From: Anaerolineales bacterium
GTDB lineage: Bacteria; Chloroflexota; Anaerolineae; Anaerolineales; E44-bin32
DNA: 39,209 nucleotides
Assembly: GCA_035288185.1 (NCBI GenBank)
Contig: DATEAV010000110.1
Coordinates: 1 to 39,209 of the forward strand
Reading direction: 5' to 3'
Shown here: in pieces, positions 23,265 to 33,524 of the stretch
Position numbering within the stretch: the first letter of the stretch is position 1
Layout of the letters: each line of letters opens with the position of its first letter
The notes under the pieces: generated by a model
What the model was told of the DNA's origin: nothing
What the model saw: the letters and a program-made list of their open reading frames with translations, nothing else
The model's database searches: none
Made by a program: the position numbers and the translations under genes

Positions 23265-25739
23265 CTAGCACTCGCTATAGCCGCATGAGTAGCACTTGCG
23301 GCAACCTTCCTCGTTGACCAGGCTCGCTTCCCCGCACTCCGGGCAGAGATCGCCGATCTTCAGCGCCAGCTGGCCCGGTGCCGGGTCGTGCGGCTCCGTA
23401 TAGGCCACTTCCGGCGTGTGGCCGAGGTATTCGGCCAACGCTCGGGCCAGCCCATCGGGAAGCGAAAGGACACGGTTGGGGCCAAAGCCCATAGGCCGTC
23501 CACCGCCTATGCCTGCCAACTGCCGGACGACCTCCGCCATTCGCTCCCGGGGCGGCACAGGGGAAGCGACGCGCAAGACGTAAGAGGCCAGGCGTCCAAT
23601 CGCCTCGGACACGGCGGCCGTCTCCGATCCCGCCTTGGCTGTCGTGATGAACATTTCGAAGGGCTGGCCTTCGCCATTCTGATTCACGGTGACAAACGCT
23701 TTGCCCAGCGGCGTGCTGATCTGGTAGGTGCTCCCGTCGAGCCTCGAGGGGCGGGCCTTCTTGCCTTCCTGCCAGATTTTCAGCTGGGCAGCCTCCTTGC
23801 CTTCCTTCTTGCGGGCAGCCACCGCCCTGGTCTCCAGGACGACTCGCTCCCGCGAGCCGGTCACGTAGACGGTGAGCCCTTTGCAGCCCAACTCCCAGGC
23901 CAGCATGTAGGCCTTGGAGACGTCTTCGGGCGTGGCGTCCTCCGGGAAGTTGCACGTCTTCGACAGGCTGTTATCGACGAAGGCCTGCATCACCGCCTGC
24001 ATCCGGACGTGCTCCTCGGCGGTGATGTCCTGGGAGACGACGAAGATCTCTCGCACTGTCTGGGGAACAGCGGGAACAGCCCGGCAGGAGCCCTTTTCCC
24101 GCACCTCCGCCACGGTTTGTTCTCGCTCCGCGTCGCTCAGGCCGCCCTCCGCCAGCGCCTCTTCGAACAGGGGGCTCGTATAGGTGAGCTGCAAATCCCG
24201 CCCGTTGTCGTCGACGTGCCGGTAATACGCCAGCGCGAAGACGGGCTCGCAGCCGTAGCCTTCGCATCCGGCAACCGTGGCGATCGTGCCCGTCGGTGCG
24301 ATCGTCGTTTGAGCCGCATTGCGGATCCCATGGAGCCGGATGCCCTCCACTACGTTTTCCCAATCGACCGCCGGGCGATGGAACTCCCGGGTGTAGGGGG
24401 AAAGCGGCACAGGAGGCTGCCAGGTGAGCCGGTCGGGATCGTAGATGCTACCGTGGAGCGCCAAGAAGGGGCCTCGCTCGCGGGCCAGCTCGACGCTGGT
24501 CAGCATGCAATGGTAGCGGATGAATTCCATCAGCTGGCCGGCGAACTCCTGCGCTTCCTCCGATCCGTAGCGCACCCCGACGTGGTACATCAGATCGCCG
24601 AGGCCCATGATCCCGAGCCCGATCCGGCGGGCGCGGTGGGCGGCTTCACGCAACTGCGGGACGGCGGGGACGTAGGCGTTTGCGGTGACGACGTCGTCGA
24701 GGAACTTCGTGCTGGCGACGACCGTCTGGCGCAGCTTCTCCCAATCGACCCGATGGTCCGGCTCGAAGTGTTCGGCGAGATTGATCGAGCCCAGGCAGCA
24801 ATTCTCGTACGGCCCGAGCCACTGCTCTCCGCAGGGGTTGGTGGCCTCGAGCCGATAGAGATGAGGGACGGGATTGCTGCGGTTGGCCGCGTCGAGGAAG
24901 AGCACCCCAGGCTCGCCGTTGTGGTGAGCGTGCTTGACGATCAGATCGAAAACCTCCCTCGCCCGGACCGTTTCAACGACCTCGCCCGTATGCGGCGCGA
25001 CCAAGTCGTAGTACCCGTCGTCGCGGACCGCCTGCATGAAGGCGTCGGTGACGCCGACGGAGATATTGAAATTGGTGATCTGGTTCTCATCCACCTTGCA
25101 GGTGATGAACTGGCGGATGTCGGGGTGGTCGACGCGCAGGACGGCCATGTTGGCGCCGCGCCGCGTGCCGCCCTGGGCGATTTCCCCAAAGGCCTTGTCG
25201 TAGACGCGCAGGAATCCCACCGGCCCCGTGGCCTCACCGGCCGATGACTTGACCATCGCCCCCTTCTGGCGCAGGCGGGAGAAGGAGAAGCCGTTTCCTC
25301 CACCGGTCTGTTGGATGAGGGCGGCGTCGCGCAGAGTCTGGAAGATTCCGGCCGAATCGCGGCCCATGTCGTCGTTGATCGGCAGCACGAAGCACGCCGC
25401 GAGCTGGCCGAGCGGAGTGCCGGCGCCTGTGAACGTGGGAGAGTTGGGGAAGAAGAGTTTGGAGGCCAGTAGATCGTAGAACTCGAGAGCCGCCGCAAGA
25501 ACGTCGCCGCCCCACTCTTCCTCGGCACTGGCAACCGAGTAGGCCACGCGCCAGAACAACCCTTCGATTGACTCGCTCGCCTGACCGTCCTCGCCGCGCC
25601 GGATGTATCGCTTGAGCAGCACGGTGCGGGCGTTTTCGCTCAGCTCCACTGGCCGGGCGCTTTCGGGGATCGGTGGAATCGAGGATGGGCGTGTCGACCC
25701 GCCCTCCAACCTCACTTCAGGTTTCGCCGTCTCCAACAT
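23265..25739 (-). CDS. nrdJ: Class II (adenosylcobalamin-dependent) ribonucleotide reductase
   Basis: 824-aa NrdJ architecture, with the C-terminal CPECG...[12 protein letters not shown] zinc ribbon. No intein-sized insertion. Confidence 0.95.
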   Translation of the reverse strand: MLETAKPEVRLEGGSTRPSSIPPIPESARPVELSENARTVLLKRYIRRGEDGQASESIEGLFWRVAYSVASAEEEWGGDVLAAALEFYDLLASKLFFPNSPTFTGAGTPLGQLAACFVLPINDDMGRDSAGIFQTLRDAALIQQTGGGNGFSFSRLRQKGAMVKSSAGEATGPVGFLRVYDKAFGEIAQGGTRRGANMAVLRVDHPDIRQFITCKVDENQITNFNISVGVTDAFMQAVRDDGYYDLVAPHTGEVVETVRAREVFDLIVKHAHHNGEPGVLFLDAANRSNPVPHLYRLEATNPCGEQWLGPYENCCLGSINLAEHFEPDHRVDWEKLRQTVVASTKFLDDVVTANAYVPAVPQLREAAHRARRIGLGIMGLGDLMYHVGVRYGSEEAQEFAGQLMEFIRYHCMLTSVELARERGPFLALHGSIYDPDRLTWQPPVPLSPYTREFHRPAVDWENVVEGIRLHGIRNAAQTTIAPTGTIATVAGCEGYGCEPVFALAYYRHVDDNGRDLQLTYTSPLFEEALAEGGLSDAEREQTVAEVREKGSCRAVPAVPQTVREIFVVSQDITAEEHVRMQAVMQAFVDNSLSKTCNFPEDATPEDVSKAYMLAWELGCKGLTVYVTGSRERVVLETRAVAARKKEGKEAAQLKIWQEGKKARPSRLDGSTYQISTPLGKAFVTVNQNGEGQPFEMFITTAKAGSETAAVSEAIGRLASYVLRVASPVPPRERMAEVVRQLAGIGGGRPMGFGPNRVLSLPDGLARALAEYLGHTPEVAYTEPHDPAPGQLALKIGDLCPECGEASLVNEEGCRKCYSCGYSEC

Positions 25740-25832
25740 TCCGCTCCCTCCGACCCTGTTGACGCAGCACCTTGATCCCGAAGACGGCTCAACGAAAAGC
25801 GGGCCGCCCGCGCTCCAGATGAGCGCAGCCGC

Positions 25833-26282
25833 CTAGCCTTCCAGAAGCCGATCGATCTCGTTGCGGATGGCCCGGAGATCGTCCAGGCCTAGGTAGACGA
25901 TGGCGTAGCGGATGTAGGCGATATGGTCGAGCTCCTTGAGCCCGGCAATCACCATGTCGCCGACCACGCGGCTTGAGACCTCGGACTTGCCCATCGCCTG
26001 AAGGGTGGATTCGATCTCCCCGACGAGACGGTCGACGTCGGCGGCGGAGACCGGCCGCTTGGCACACGCGATTCGAATTCCGCGGGCGAGCTTGTCCCGA
26101 TCGAATTCCTGGCGAGTGCCGTCTTGTTTGACGAGCAGAGGAGTGGCCAGAACCGCGCGTTCGTAGGTGCTGAAGCGCTGCTTGCACGCCAGGCAGACTC
26201 GCCGCCTCCGAACGCCGCCGCGCGCATCGTGAGTCGTGTCGATCACTCGCGTTCGGTGGCTACGACAATACGGACAACGCAT
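25833..26282 (-). CDS. nrdR: Transcriptional repressor NrdR
   Basis: MRCPYCRSHRTRVIDT... zinc ribbon followed by an ATP-cone. Confidence 0.95.
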   Translation of the reverse strand: MRCPYCRSHRTRVIDTTHDARGGVRRRRVCLACKQRFSTYERAVLATPLLVKQDGTRQEFDRDKLARGIRIACAKRPVSAADVDRLVGEIESTLQAMGKSEVSSRVVGDMVIAGLKELDHIAYIRYAIVYLGLDDLRAIRNEIDRLLEG

Positions 26283-26371
26283 CGAAAGAAGGCTGCCTTA
26301 GAACGTGCGTTTGATGCCAGATCTCGGACGTTCCACTCGACGTCCCCCAACATCCCGGGCGACAGGTCGCC

Positions 26372-26401
26372 ATTCTAGCACAGCCCGCGAATCACCCGCA
26401 A
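26372..26401 (-). promoter_or_regulatory. Extended -10 promoter for nrdR-nrdJ
   Basis: Minus strand reads TTGCGG (26401-26396), an 18-nt spacer ending TGc, then TAGAAT (26377-26372). The 15-mer GTGCTAGAATGGCGA is identical to 8102-8116. Confidence 0.45.
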
Positions 26402-26463
26402 GAACCGTGCTAGGTCCGAACCTTAAAGTTTCCGGTACTTTGGTACTGCCGAGCGCGCGCCGA

Positions 26464-26495
26464 GCCGGCACCGGGAGGAGGAGGCCGGTGCCGGC
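26464..26495 (-). terminator. Hairpin downstream of ftsZ (no U-tract)
   Basis: Perfect 11-bp stem GCCGGCACCGG / CCGGTGCCGGC with a 10-nt purine loop. A second 7-bp hairpin GTGAGCC/GGCTCAC at 26550-26568 lies 2 nt past the ftsZ stop. Confidence 0.45.
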
Positions 26496-26570
26496 CCGAC
26501 GGTGGCGGGATCCCTGCCGACCAGGCCGGCGGGGAACCCACCTGCATGCGTGAGCCCGGTCGGCTCACGC

Positions 26571-27671
26571 CTAGCGGCGGCGGAGGAATGCCGGGATGTC
26601 GAGGTCGTTGATGTCGAACGCTCGCGGCTGGAACGCCTCCACCGAAACGCTCTCCCGGGCCGGCGTCTGAACGGTCTCGGAGCGGGCAAGGCGCCGGTTG
26701 GCCGTTCGGCGGGCCAGGCCGGAGCCCTCAAACCCGGTGGCGATGACGGTGATCCGGACGTCGTCGCCCATGTTGGGGTCGATCACCGCGCCGAAGATGA
26801 GGTTGACGTCGGGATGGGCGGTTTCCTTGATGATGGCGGCGGCCTGATTCACCTCGAAAAGGCTCAGGTCGGAGCCGCCGGTGATGTTGAAGAGGATGCC
26901 CCGCGCCCCGTCGATGGTGATATCGAGAAGCTGGCTCGAGATCGCCTGTTCGGCGGCGTTGCGGGCACGGTCTTCACCGGAGCCGGAGCCCACGGCCATC
27001 AGTGCCGCCCCGCCCTCCGACATGATCGTGCGCACGTCGGCGAAGTCGAGGTTGATCAGGCCGGGGACGGTGATGAGCTCGCTGATGCCCTGAATGCCCT
27101 GGCGCAGCACGTCGTCCGCCAGCTTGAAGGCCTGTTGGAGGCTAGCGCGCTTATCGGCGATCTGGAGCAGCCGGTCGTTGGGGATCACGATCAGCGTATC
27201 CACGTGCTCCTTGAGCCTGCCGATGCCGGCCTCGGCCGTCTGGGCCCGTTTGGCGCCTTCGAAAGTGAAGGGCCGAGTGACGACGCCGATGGTGAGGGCG
27301 CCCACTTCCTTGGCGATCTGGGCGATCACCGGGGCGGCGCCCGTCCCGGTGCCGCCGCCGATGCCGGCGGCGATGAAGATCATGTCGGAGCCCTTGATCA
27401 CCTCGTAGAGCTCCTCGGCCGATTCCTCGGCCGCCTTCTGGCCGATGTCCGGGTTGCCGCCGGCGCCCAGGCCGCGAGTGAGCTTCTCTCCCACCCGCAC
27501 CCGCTTGGGGGCGTCGGAGAGCAGGAGCGCCTGGGCGTCGGTGTTGACGGCGACGAACTCGATCCCCGCCATGCCCTCCTCGATCATGCGATTGACGGCG
27601 TTGCTCCCGCCGCCCCCGATCCCGATCACTTTGATTCTGGCAAACGATTCCATCTGCGGTACAGGGTACAT
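26571..27671 (-). CDS. ftsZ: Cell division GTPase FtsZ
   Basis: [14 protein letters not shown] and [10 protein letters not shown] tubulin signatures. Start taken at the ATG at 27671 ([15 protein letters not shown]...), with AGGAGG 7 nt upstream. Confidence 0.95.
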   Translation of the reverse strand: MYPVPQMESFARIKVIGIGGGGSNAVNRMIEEGMAGIEFVAVNTDAQALLLSDAPKRVRVGEKLTRGLGAGGNPDIGQKAAEESAEELYEVIKGSDMIFIAAGIGGGTGTGAAPVIAQIAKEVGALTIGVVTRPFTFEGAKRAQTAEAGIGRLKEHVDTLIVIPNDRLLQIADKRASLQQAFKLADDVLRQGIQGISELITVPGLINLDFADVRTIMSEGGAALMAVGSGSGEDRARNAAEQAISSQLLDITIDGARGILFNITGGSDLSLFEVNQAAAIIKETAHPDVNLIFGAVIDPNMGDDVRITVIATGFEGSGLARRTANRRLARSETVQTPARESVSVEAFQPRAFDINDLDIPAFLRRR

Positions 27672-27731
27672 CTCTCTTCCTCCTCTGGTGTCGCGCGCTC
27701 GCCGGGTCTTCATCGCCATTCGGCGGCCGAG

Positions 27732-28988
27732 TTATCCGGGCAAGAGCCGCCGCAGAAAGTCGGCGGCTCGGGCGAGATCGAATCTGGGCAGCGTCAGACC
27801 ACGGGCGCCATGGCCCTCGAGGGCTGCCTGCTCGTCCTGCAGGCGCGCCCAATGCAGTAGGCCGACGCTGGCGGAATAGGCCGGGGAGTGAAGCTGATCC
27901 ACCAAGCCGCGCAGGTTCTCCGGCCCGGCCACGCGCACCGGCAGCTCCAGGACGTCGCTGGCCACGCTTCGGATCCCCGGGAGCTGGCTGGTGCCGCCCG
28001 TCAACACCATCCCTGCGGGCAGCAGGCCGTCGTATCCGGATCGCTTGATCTCCTGCCGCACCAGGCCGAAAAGCTCCTCCACGCGGGGCTCGAGAATGCG
28101 AGCCAGCTCCACGCGCTCGATCTGGAGCGCCTTCTCCTGGCCGAATGGGCGCACGGCAAAGGCCTCGCTTCCTTCGACGTCGACGACGCGGCTGTGGCCG
28201 TGGCGCCGCTTCACCGTTTCGGCGGTCTCGGGCGGAAGGTGCAGCCCCTGGGCGATATCGCCGGTCAGGTGATCCCCGCCAACCGGGATCACCGCCGTGT
28301 GCCAGACGGCGCCTTCAATGTAGACGGCGATGTCGGCCGTGCCTCCGCCGACGTCGCAGACCACGACGCCCATTTCGCGCTCGGTCTCGGTGAGCACCAC
28401 CTCGGCGGCCGCCAAAGGCCCGAGCACCCAGCTATCCACTTCCAGCCCGCCGGCCTGGACCGCTTTCTCGAAGTTTCGGAGCGCGGTGGCGGCCGCGGTG
28501 ACGATATGAGCCTCCACCTCCAGGCGATAGCCGTGCATCCCGATGGGCGACTTGATGCCGTCCTGGCCGTCGACGACATACCCGCGCGGGATCACGTGCA
28601 CCACCTGGCGGTTGTACGGCAAGGCGATCGAGCGGGCCGCGTCGACGGCGCGGCCGACATCGTCGAAGCTGATCGTCCTCCCGGCGACCCCCGACATGCC
28701 CTTGCTGTTGAGGGAGGAGATCTGCGCCCCCGAGAGGCTCACCAGCGCCGAGGCGATCTCGAAGCCCGAGGTTCGCTCGGCCTTGTCTTTGGCCGAGGCC
28801 ACCGCCTGGGCCACGCCTTCCATGCTCACCACCCCGCCCTTGCGCATGCCCTGGGACGGGACGTTGCCCACCCCAATCACCCGCAGTCGCCGTTCGGCGT
28901 CTACGTGACCGACCAGGGCGCAGACCTTGGTGGTGCCGATATCCACGCCAACGAAGATCGGATCGTCCGCGCCGACGAGAGTTGTCAC
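27732..28988 (-). CDS. ftsA: Cell division protein FtsA
   Basis: Actin-like ATPase motifs (VGVDIGTTKV, DVGGGTADIAV). GTG start overlaps the ftsQ stop (GTGA). Confidence 0.9.
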   Translation of the reverse strand: MTTLVGADDPIFVGVDIGTTKVCALVGHVDAERRLRVIGVGNVPSQGMRKGGVVSMEGVAQAVASAKDKAERTSGFEIASALVSLSGAQISSLNSKGMSGVAGRTISFDDVGRAVDAARSIALPYNRQVVHVIPRGYVVDGQDGIKSPIGMHGYRLEVEAHIVTAAATALRNFEKAVQAGGLEVDSWVLGPLAAAEVVLTETEREMGVVVCDVGGGTADIAVYIEGAVWHTAVIPVGGDHLTGDIAQGLHLPPETAETVKRRHGHSRVVDVEGSEAFAVRPFGQEKALQIERVELARILEPRVEELFGLVRQEIKRSGYDGLLPAGMVLTGGTSQLPGIRSVASDVLELPVRVAGPENLRGLVDQLHSPAYSASVGLLHWARLQDEQAALEGHGARGLTLPRFDLARAADFLRRLLPG

Positions 28989-29902
28989 TGGCGTTGCCTC
29001 TGCAACGAGTAGAACGGCGAGTACGGATCTTCCACGCTCACCAGGAGCGGGTGGATTCCCTCTGCCATGATGTGCTCCACCAAGAATTGATACGTTCGCA
29101 CCTTCGCCACCATGTCGCCGCCCGAGCCGAAGTAGACGCGCCAGCCGCGCGGATCAAGGAATGAAAGGCCGTGATCCCGATCGGCGTAGAGCATCTCGAT
29201 CTCAGGCAGCTGACTCCTCAATAGGACCGCGGCTTCCAAGACCGATGGGGCGACCACAGGCTCCAACGGATCGGGGCTGATTTGGAGCAGCGGCTCTTCG
29301 GATTCCACGCGCACCTGGCCGGGAAACGCCCCACGCCCCAGGAAGGCGATCCCCTCCGAGCTCACCCACCAGGTGAGGTCCCCGTCGTCCCATTCGACCA
29401 CCGGGATGCGCTCGTGGATGGTGATCTCGACGCGGTTTGGCCATCCGATGGACACCTCGGCCTCTCCCACCTCGGGCTCCTGGAGGAGGCGGTGCACCAC
29501 GTCCCGCGGGTCGAGCAGGAACACCGATTCGCCATCCACCCGCGCCAGGGAGCGCACCTGGCTTGGGCTGAGGAGCCTGGCTCCACTGACGCTCGCTTCC
29601 GCCACGCGAAAGCTCCCGGCGGCCAGCACGCTCTGCAGCGCCCAGGCCGTCAGCGCCAGCAGGACGGCGCTCAACACACGCGGCCCCGGGCGGACCACCG
29701 GGATCGAAGGCAGGCGGAGCTCGGCTCCCAGCTCGGCGGGGAGGGCCAGGTCGTGCCGCCGTCGCGGAGGGCGCGTGCGCGCAGGCCGAGGACGCCGCTC
29801 TCGGGGGGCCGGCTCAACCACGGCTTCCACGCGCGCCCGGCGGGAGCGGACCTCGTCCGCCCGCGTCCGGTCTGGCACGGGTCCTCGGCGGGCGACGGTC
29901 AT
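28985..29902 (-). CDS. ftsQ: Cell division protein FtsQ/DivIB (POTRA domain)
   Basis: Arg-rich cytoplasmic N-terminus, a single transmembrane helix, and a POTRA-like segment. Position is between ddl and ftsA. ATGA overlap with the ddl stop. Confidence 0.8.
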   Translation of the reverse strand: MTVARRGPVPDRTRADEVRSRRARVEAVVEPAPRERRPRPARTRPPRRRHDLALPAELGAELRLPSIPVVRPGPRVLSAVLLALTAWALQSVLAAGSFRVAEASVSGARLLSPSQVRSLARVDGESVFLLDPRDVVHRLLQEPEVGEAEVSIGWPNRVEITIHERIPVVEWDDGDLTWWVSSEGIAFLGRGAFPGQVRVESEEPLLQISPDPLEPVVAPSVLEAAVLLRSQLPEIEMLYADRDHGLSFLDPRGWRVYFGSGGDMVAKVRTYQFLVEHIMAEGIHPLLVSVEDPYSPFYSLQRQRQ

Positions 29903-31008
29903 CCCGCCCCTCCATACTCACGGATCAAGCGGTCTTTCTGGCTCTGGCGCTCGAGCGCCAGCTCAATCAGCCGGTCCATCAGCGCCGAATACGAGAGCCC
30001 GGCAGCCTCCCACAGCTTCGGGTACATGCTGATCTTGGTGAATCCCGGGATGGTGTTCAATTCGTTCAAGTAGAGGTTTCCCGTTGAGCGTTCGAGTAGG
30101 AAATCGGCCCGCGCCATCCCCGCTCCATCGATCGCTTTGAATGCTTCCACAGCAAGCCGCCGGACCTCGGCGGCGATCCCGGGATCGACCGGCGCCGGGA
30201 TCAGAAGCCGGGAAGTCTCGTCGAGGTATTTGGCGCGGTAGGAGTAGAACTCATCGCTCGGGATGATCTCGCCCACCACCGAAGCCTCGGGCGCCTCGTT
30301 CCCCAATACGCTCACTTCAATTTCCCGCGCCTCGATCCCGCGCTCGACGAGCACCCGCCGATCGTAGCGGGCGGCGTCGATCAACCCTTCGTAGAGGTCG
30401 GATCGGCTGCGGCACTTGCTCACACCAACCGACGACCCCAGGTTGGCAGGCTTGGTGAACAACGGGTATGGCGCCACGGCCTCGGCGCGTTGCATCACTT
30501 CGTCGCGGCGGTCCTCGATCCACGATGAAGGGAAGAGCACCGACTCAGCCACCGGAATCCCACGCACGCGCATCAGCTCCTTGAAGAGCCCCTTGTCCAT
30601 CGCCACCGAGGAGGCCAGGACGCCGCAGCCCACATAGGGCACATCCGCCATCTCCAAGAGTCCTTGAAGAGTGCCATCCTCCCCATACGAGCCGTGGGTG
30701 ACAGGGAAGACCACATCGATCCGCTGAAGAAGCTCGAGCTCTCGCCCGGGCTCCCAGCGGAAGAGCGCCCGATGCCCCGGCTCGCCGACGATGGCCACGG
30801 GGTCGAGAATCTCGGCCCTTCCCTCGAGGAAGGCGCTGAGCGCATCGGGCCCGCCAAACCAGCGGCCGTCCTTGCGAATGCCCACCGGCAGGATCTCGTA
30901 GCGAGCCGGGTCGAGAGCGGAGAGCACGGAGCGCGCCGACATGAGCGAGACTTCGTGCTCGCCGGACCGTCCGCCGAAGACGACTGCGACCCGGAGCTTG
31001 TCGGTCAA
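29899..31008 (-). CDS. ddl: D-alanine--D-alanine ligase
   Basis: ...KLRVAVVFGGRSGEHEVS... and ATP-grasp motifs. I favour the TTG start at 31008, which overlaps the murB TGA (TTGA). The ORF-track start at 31053 would overlap murB by 49 nt. Confidence 0.9.
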   Translation of the reverse strand: MTDKLRVAVVFGGRSGEHEVSLMSARSVLSALDPARYEILPVGIRKDGRWFGGPDALSAFLEGRAEILDPVAIVGEPGHRALFRWEPGRELELLQRIDVVFPVTHGSYGEDGTLQGLLEMADVPYVGCGVLASSVAMDKGLFKELMRVRGIPVAESVLFPSSWIEDRRDEVMQRAEAVAPYPLFTKPANLGSSVGVSKCRSRSDLYEGLIDAARYDRRVLVERGIEAREIEVSVLGNEAPEASVVGEIIPSDEFYSYRAKYLDETSRLLIPAPVDPGIAAEVRRLAVEAFKAIDGAGMARADFLLERSTGNLYLNELNTIPGFTKISMYPKLWEAAGLSYSALMDRLIELALERQSQKDRLIREYGGAG

Positions 31009-31979
31009 TCCGCTCCTCCCACGCCTGGCCGTGCAAGTCCTTGCCCCTCCCAATCACCGATGAGCTCCACCTCGAGCTCGAGCTCCACCCCGAACTTCTC
31101 CTTCACCGCCGCGCGCGCCCGCTCGATCAAGGCCCCGACGTCGGCTGCCCGCGCCCCGCCGCGATTGACGAAGAAATTCGCGTGCTTGGCGCTGATCTCC
31201 GCCTGCCCTTCCTGCGTCCCCTTGAGCCCGGCCGCTTCAATGAGACGGGCTGCGTAGTCGCCGGCGGGGTTTTTGAACATCGAGCCCATGCTCGCCCCGG
31301 CCGGCTGGGTGCTCTTCCGCTGGGCGACGTGCTCCGCCGCTTTGGCTTTGGTCGCCGCCGCCGTGGAGCGCTCCAGGCGGAAGGAAGCGCCCAGGACCAC
31401 GGCCTCGCCGGGATGGCGCTTGAGCCAGGACGTGCGATAGCCGAACTCAAGCCGCCCTGCCGGCCAGCTCTCCACTCGTCCGTTTCGTTGCAAGATCTCG
31501 GCCACCTCCAAGCATCCGGCCGTATCTCCGCCGTGGGCGCCGGCATTGCCCACAACGGCCCCACCGATGGTCCCGGGAATCGTGGCAGCCCACTCCAATC
31601 CGGTGAATCCCTTGTCAACCGCGCGGCGTGCCGTCGTTCCAAGGGAGGCTCCGGATTCAGCCCACACGATCGGCCCGCGCTCCCCTGCCTCGAAGTGCAC
31701 CCTGCGAGCCTGGTTCAAGACGACCACTCCGCGGATCCCCGCGTCTGCCACCAGAACGTTGGAGCCCCCGCCCAGGAGCCGGAACGGCGCCTCCAGACGC
31801 CAAAGCGTCTGGGCGATTTCTTCCAGCTCGCCAGGCCCACGGGCGACGAGGAGGAAATCGGCCGGGCCGCCGATGCGGGCCGAGGTGTGCGCGGCCATGG
31901 GGGCGCCCTCTTTCAGGCGGCCCCGAAAGGCTCTCCGCAGCCCCTCGGCCAGGGCAGCCGGCAGGGGCTTACCCGTCAC
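31005..31979 (-). CDS. murB: UDP-N-acetylenolpyruvoylglucosamine reductase
   Basis: MurB pattern (HTSARIGGPAD..., GGGSNVLV, ...GSMFKNP...). GTG start overlaps the stop of the upstream 60-aa ORF (GTGA). Confidence 0.9.
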   Translation of the reverse strand: MTGKPLPAALAEGLRRAFRGRLKEGAPMAAHTSARIGGPADFLLVARGPGELEEIAQTLWRLEAPFRLLGGGSNVLVADAGIRGVVVLNQARRVHFEAGERGPIVWAESGASLGTTARRAVDKGFTGLEWAATIPGTIGGAVVGNAGAHGGDTAGCLEVAEILQRNGRVESWPAGRLEFGYRTSWLKRHPGEAVVLGASFRLERSTAAATKAKAAEHVAQRKSTQPAGASMGSMFKNPAGDYAARLIEAAGLKGTQEGQAEISAKHANFFVNRGGARAADVGALIERARAAVKEKFGVELELEVELIGDWEGQGLARPGVGGAD

Positions 31980-32158
31980 AGACGGCGCACTTTCTCAATG
32001 AGCCGGTCGACGACCTCACGCTCCGGCAGGGCTCCGAGCTCCGGCAGGGCCAGGTCTCCCTGCATCGGCTCCATTGCCCGCTTTGCCGCTAGGCGGAGTT
32101 TGAGCTCCATCCGGCGGTCGTACTCGAAGATCCGTCGATCAACCTTTTTCGGAGCCAT
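31976..32158 (-). CDS. Hypothetical 60-aa charged, probably helical protein inside the dcw operon
   Basis: ATG with GGAGGG 7 nt upstream. G/C-rich third positions like its neighbours. Overlaps the murC 3' end by 20 nt and the murB start by 4 nt. No family recognised. Confidence 0.45.
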   Translation of the reverse strand: MAPKKVDRRIFEYDRRMELKLRLAAKRAMEPMQGDLALPELGALPEREVVDRLIEKVRRL

Positions 32159-33524
32159 CTTGCTTCCCTCCGGCCTTGCCTTGCATTCGTGCCAGGACTT
32201 CCTTCCCCACCTCGTTGCCGTCGCCCGCGCTCAGCGTCACTACCACGGCGGGGGCCTTCAGCCGCGAGAGCACGCTCTCGGCAGCTTCGGCCAGCAAAGG
32301 GATAAATCGTGCCTCGGGATGCATCATTCGTTCCACGATTAGCCTCCCGCTCACCTCCGGATCGGGCGCTTCGCGGGAGGCGAAGACCTCGGTGACAATG
32401 ACGTGATCAGCGTCGGAGAAGGAGGCAGCAAAGGCCTCCAGCAGTGCACGGGTGCGGCTGTAGGTGTGGGGCTGGAAGACGGCCCAGATTTCCGTCTGGG
32501 GGTAGCGCTGCCGGGCGGCCGCCAGCGTCGCCCGGATCTCGGTGGGGTGATGGGCGTAGTCGTCGATCACGCACACACCCTCCACCTCGCCGATCATCTG
32601 GAAGCGACGGGCCGTCCCGTGGAACTCGGTGAGCGCCCGGCGCCCGTCGGCGAACGAGACGCCGACCGCGTCCGCCGCGGCCAGTGCGGCGAGGGAATTC
32701 ACGACGTTGTGAACGCCGGGCAGCCGGTTGCGGGCCAACCCCAGGAGCTCGCCCCTGCGGAGCACGAGGAAATCCGAGCCGCCAGCCGCGTTGGCCCGGA
32801 TTTCCTCGGCCCGCCAATCGGCCTCGGGATCGAGGCCGTAGGACAGGCGCCTCACGCCCGCCGGAGCGAGCGAGAAGGCTCCCGGATCATCTCGACAGAC
32901 GACCAGAAGGTCGGTCACTTGAGCGGCGAATGCCTCGAAAGCCTGGTGAAACTCGGCCGGCGTCGGATAGCAGTCGGGATGGTCGTGCTCGACGCTCGTG
33001 ATCACGCCAATGCTCGGATGCAGGGCCAGGAAGGCGCGGTCGTACTCATCGGCCTCGATCACGAAGTGACGCCCCTTCCCGGCGCGGGCGTTGGTCCCGA
33101 AGTCCTCCAGGATGCCCCCGACGATGAACGTCGGCTCCAGCCCGGCGATTTCCAGGAGCCTGGCGATCAGGCCGGTTGTGGTCGTCTTCCCGTGTGTGCC
33201 GGCGACGGCGATCGTCTCGCTCCCCGCCGTCAGCTCGGCCAGGAAGGTGTTCCGCCGGACGACGGGAATCCCCGCCCGCTCTGCGGCGATCACCTCGACG
33301 TTCTCCGCCGGGACGGCGGACGACACGACGACGAGGTCGGCCCCGGCGACGTTCTCAGCCCGGTGGCCGTAGCTCACCGGGATACCGGCCGTCTCGAGGG
33401 CCTGCGAAAAGGATGAAATTGCCTGGTCTGAACCCGTCACCGCATCGCCTCGCTCGTGAAGGACCCGCGCAATCGCCGAAAGTCCCGCGCCTCCGATTCC
33501 CACCAGATGCACCCGCCGGCTCAT
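32139..33524 (-). CDS. murC: UDP-N-acetylmuramate--L-alanine ligase
   Basis: MSRRVHLVGIGGAGLSAIARVL... is a typical MurC N-terminus, and Mur ligase motifs are present (AGTHGKTTT). Start at the ATG at 33524. The 686-aa ORF-track version has a spurious Arg-rich 5' extension. Confidence 0.9.
   Translation of the reverse strand: MSRRVHLVGIGGAGLSAIARVLHERGDAVTGSDQAISSFSQALETAGIPVSYGHRAENVAGADLVVVSSAVPAENVEVIAAERAGIPVVRRNTFLAELTAGSETIAVAGTHGKTTTTGLIARLLEIAGLEPTFIVGGILEDFGTNARAGKGRHFVIEADEYDRAFLALHPSIGVITSVEHDHPDCYPTPAEFHQAFEAFAAQVTDLLVVCRDDPGAFSLAPAGVRRLSYGLDPEADWRAEEIRANAAGGSDFLVLRRGELLGLARNRLPGVHNVVNSLAALAAADAVGVSFADGRRALTEFHGTARRFQMIGEVEGVCVIDDYAHHPTEIRATLAAARQRYPQTEIWAVFQPHTYSRTRALLEAFAASFSDADHVIVTEVFASREAPDPEVSGRLIVERMMHPEARFIPLLAEAAESVLSRLKAPAVVVTLSAGDGNEVGKEVLARMQGKAGGKQDGSEKG

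Noticed and set aside
23388-25247. 619-aa plus-strand ORF inside nrdJ
   Set aside because: Antisense to an unambiguous class II ribonucleotide reductase. No motif and a skewed composition. The same reasoning applies to 26502-27860, 27888-29012, 31041-32342, 10151-11431, 11772-13004, 16884-17828 and 34935-36224.
23265-25832. Intein in nrdJ, or a cobalamin riboswitch upstream of it
   Set aside because: The 824-aa length is normal for a monomeric class II reductase, with no extra block. The 93-nt leader is too short and lacks the B12-box.
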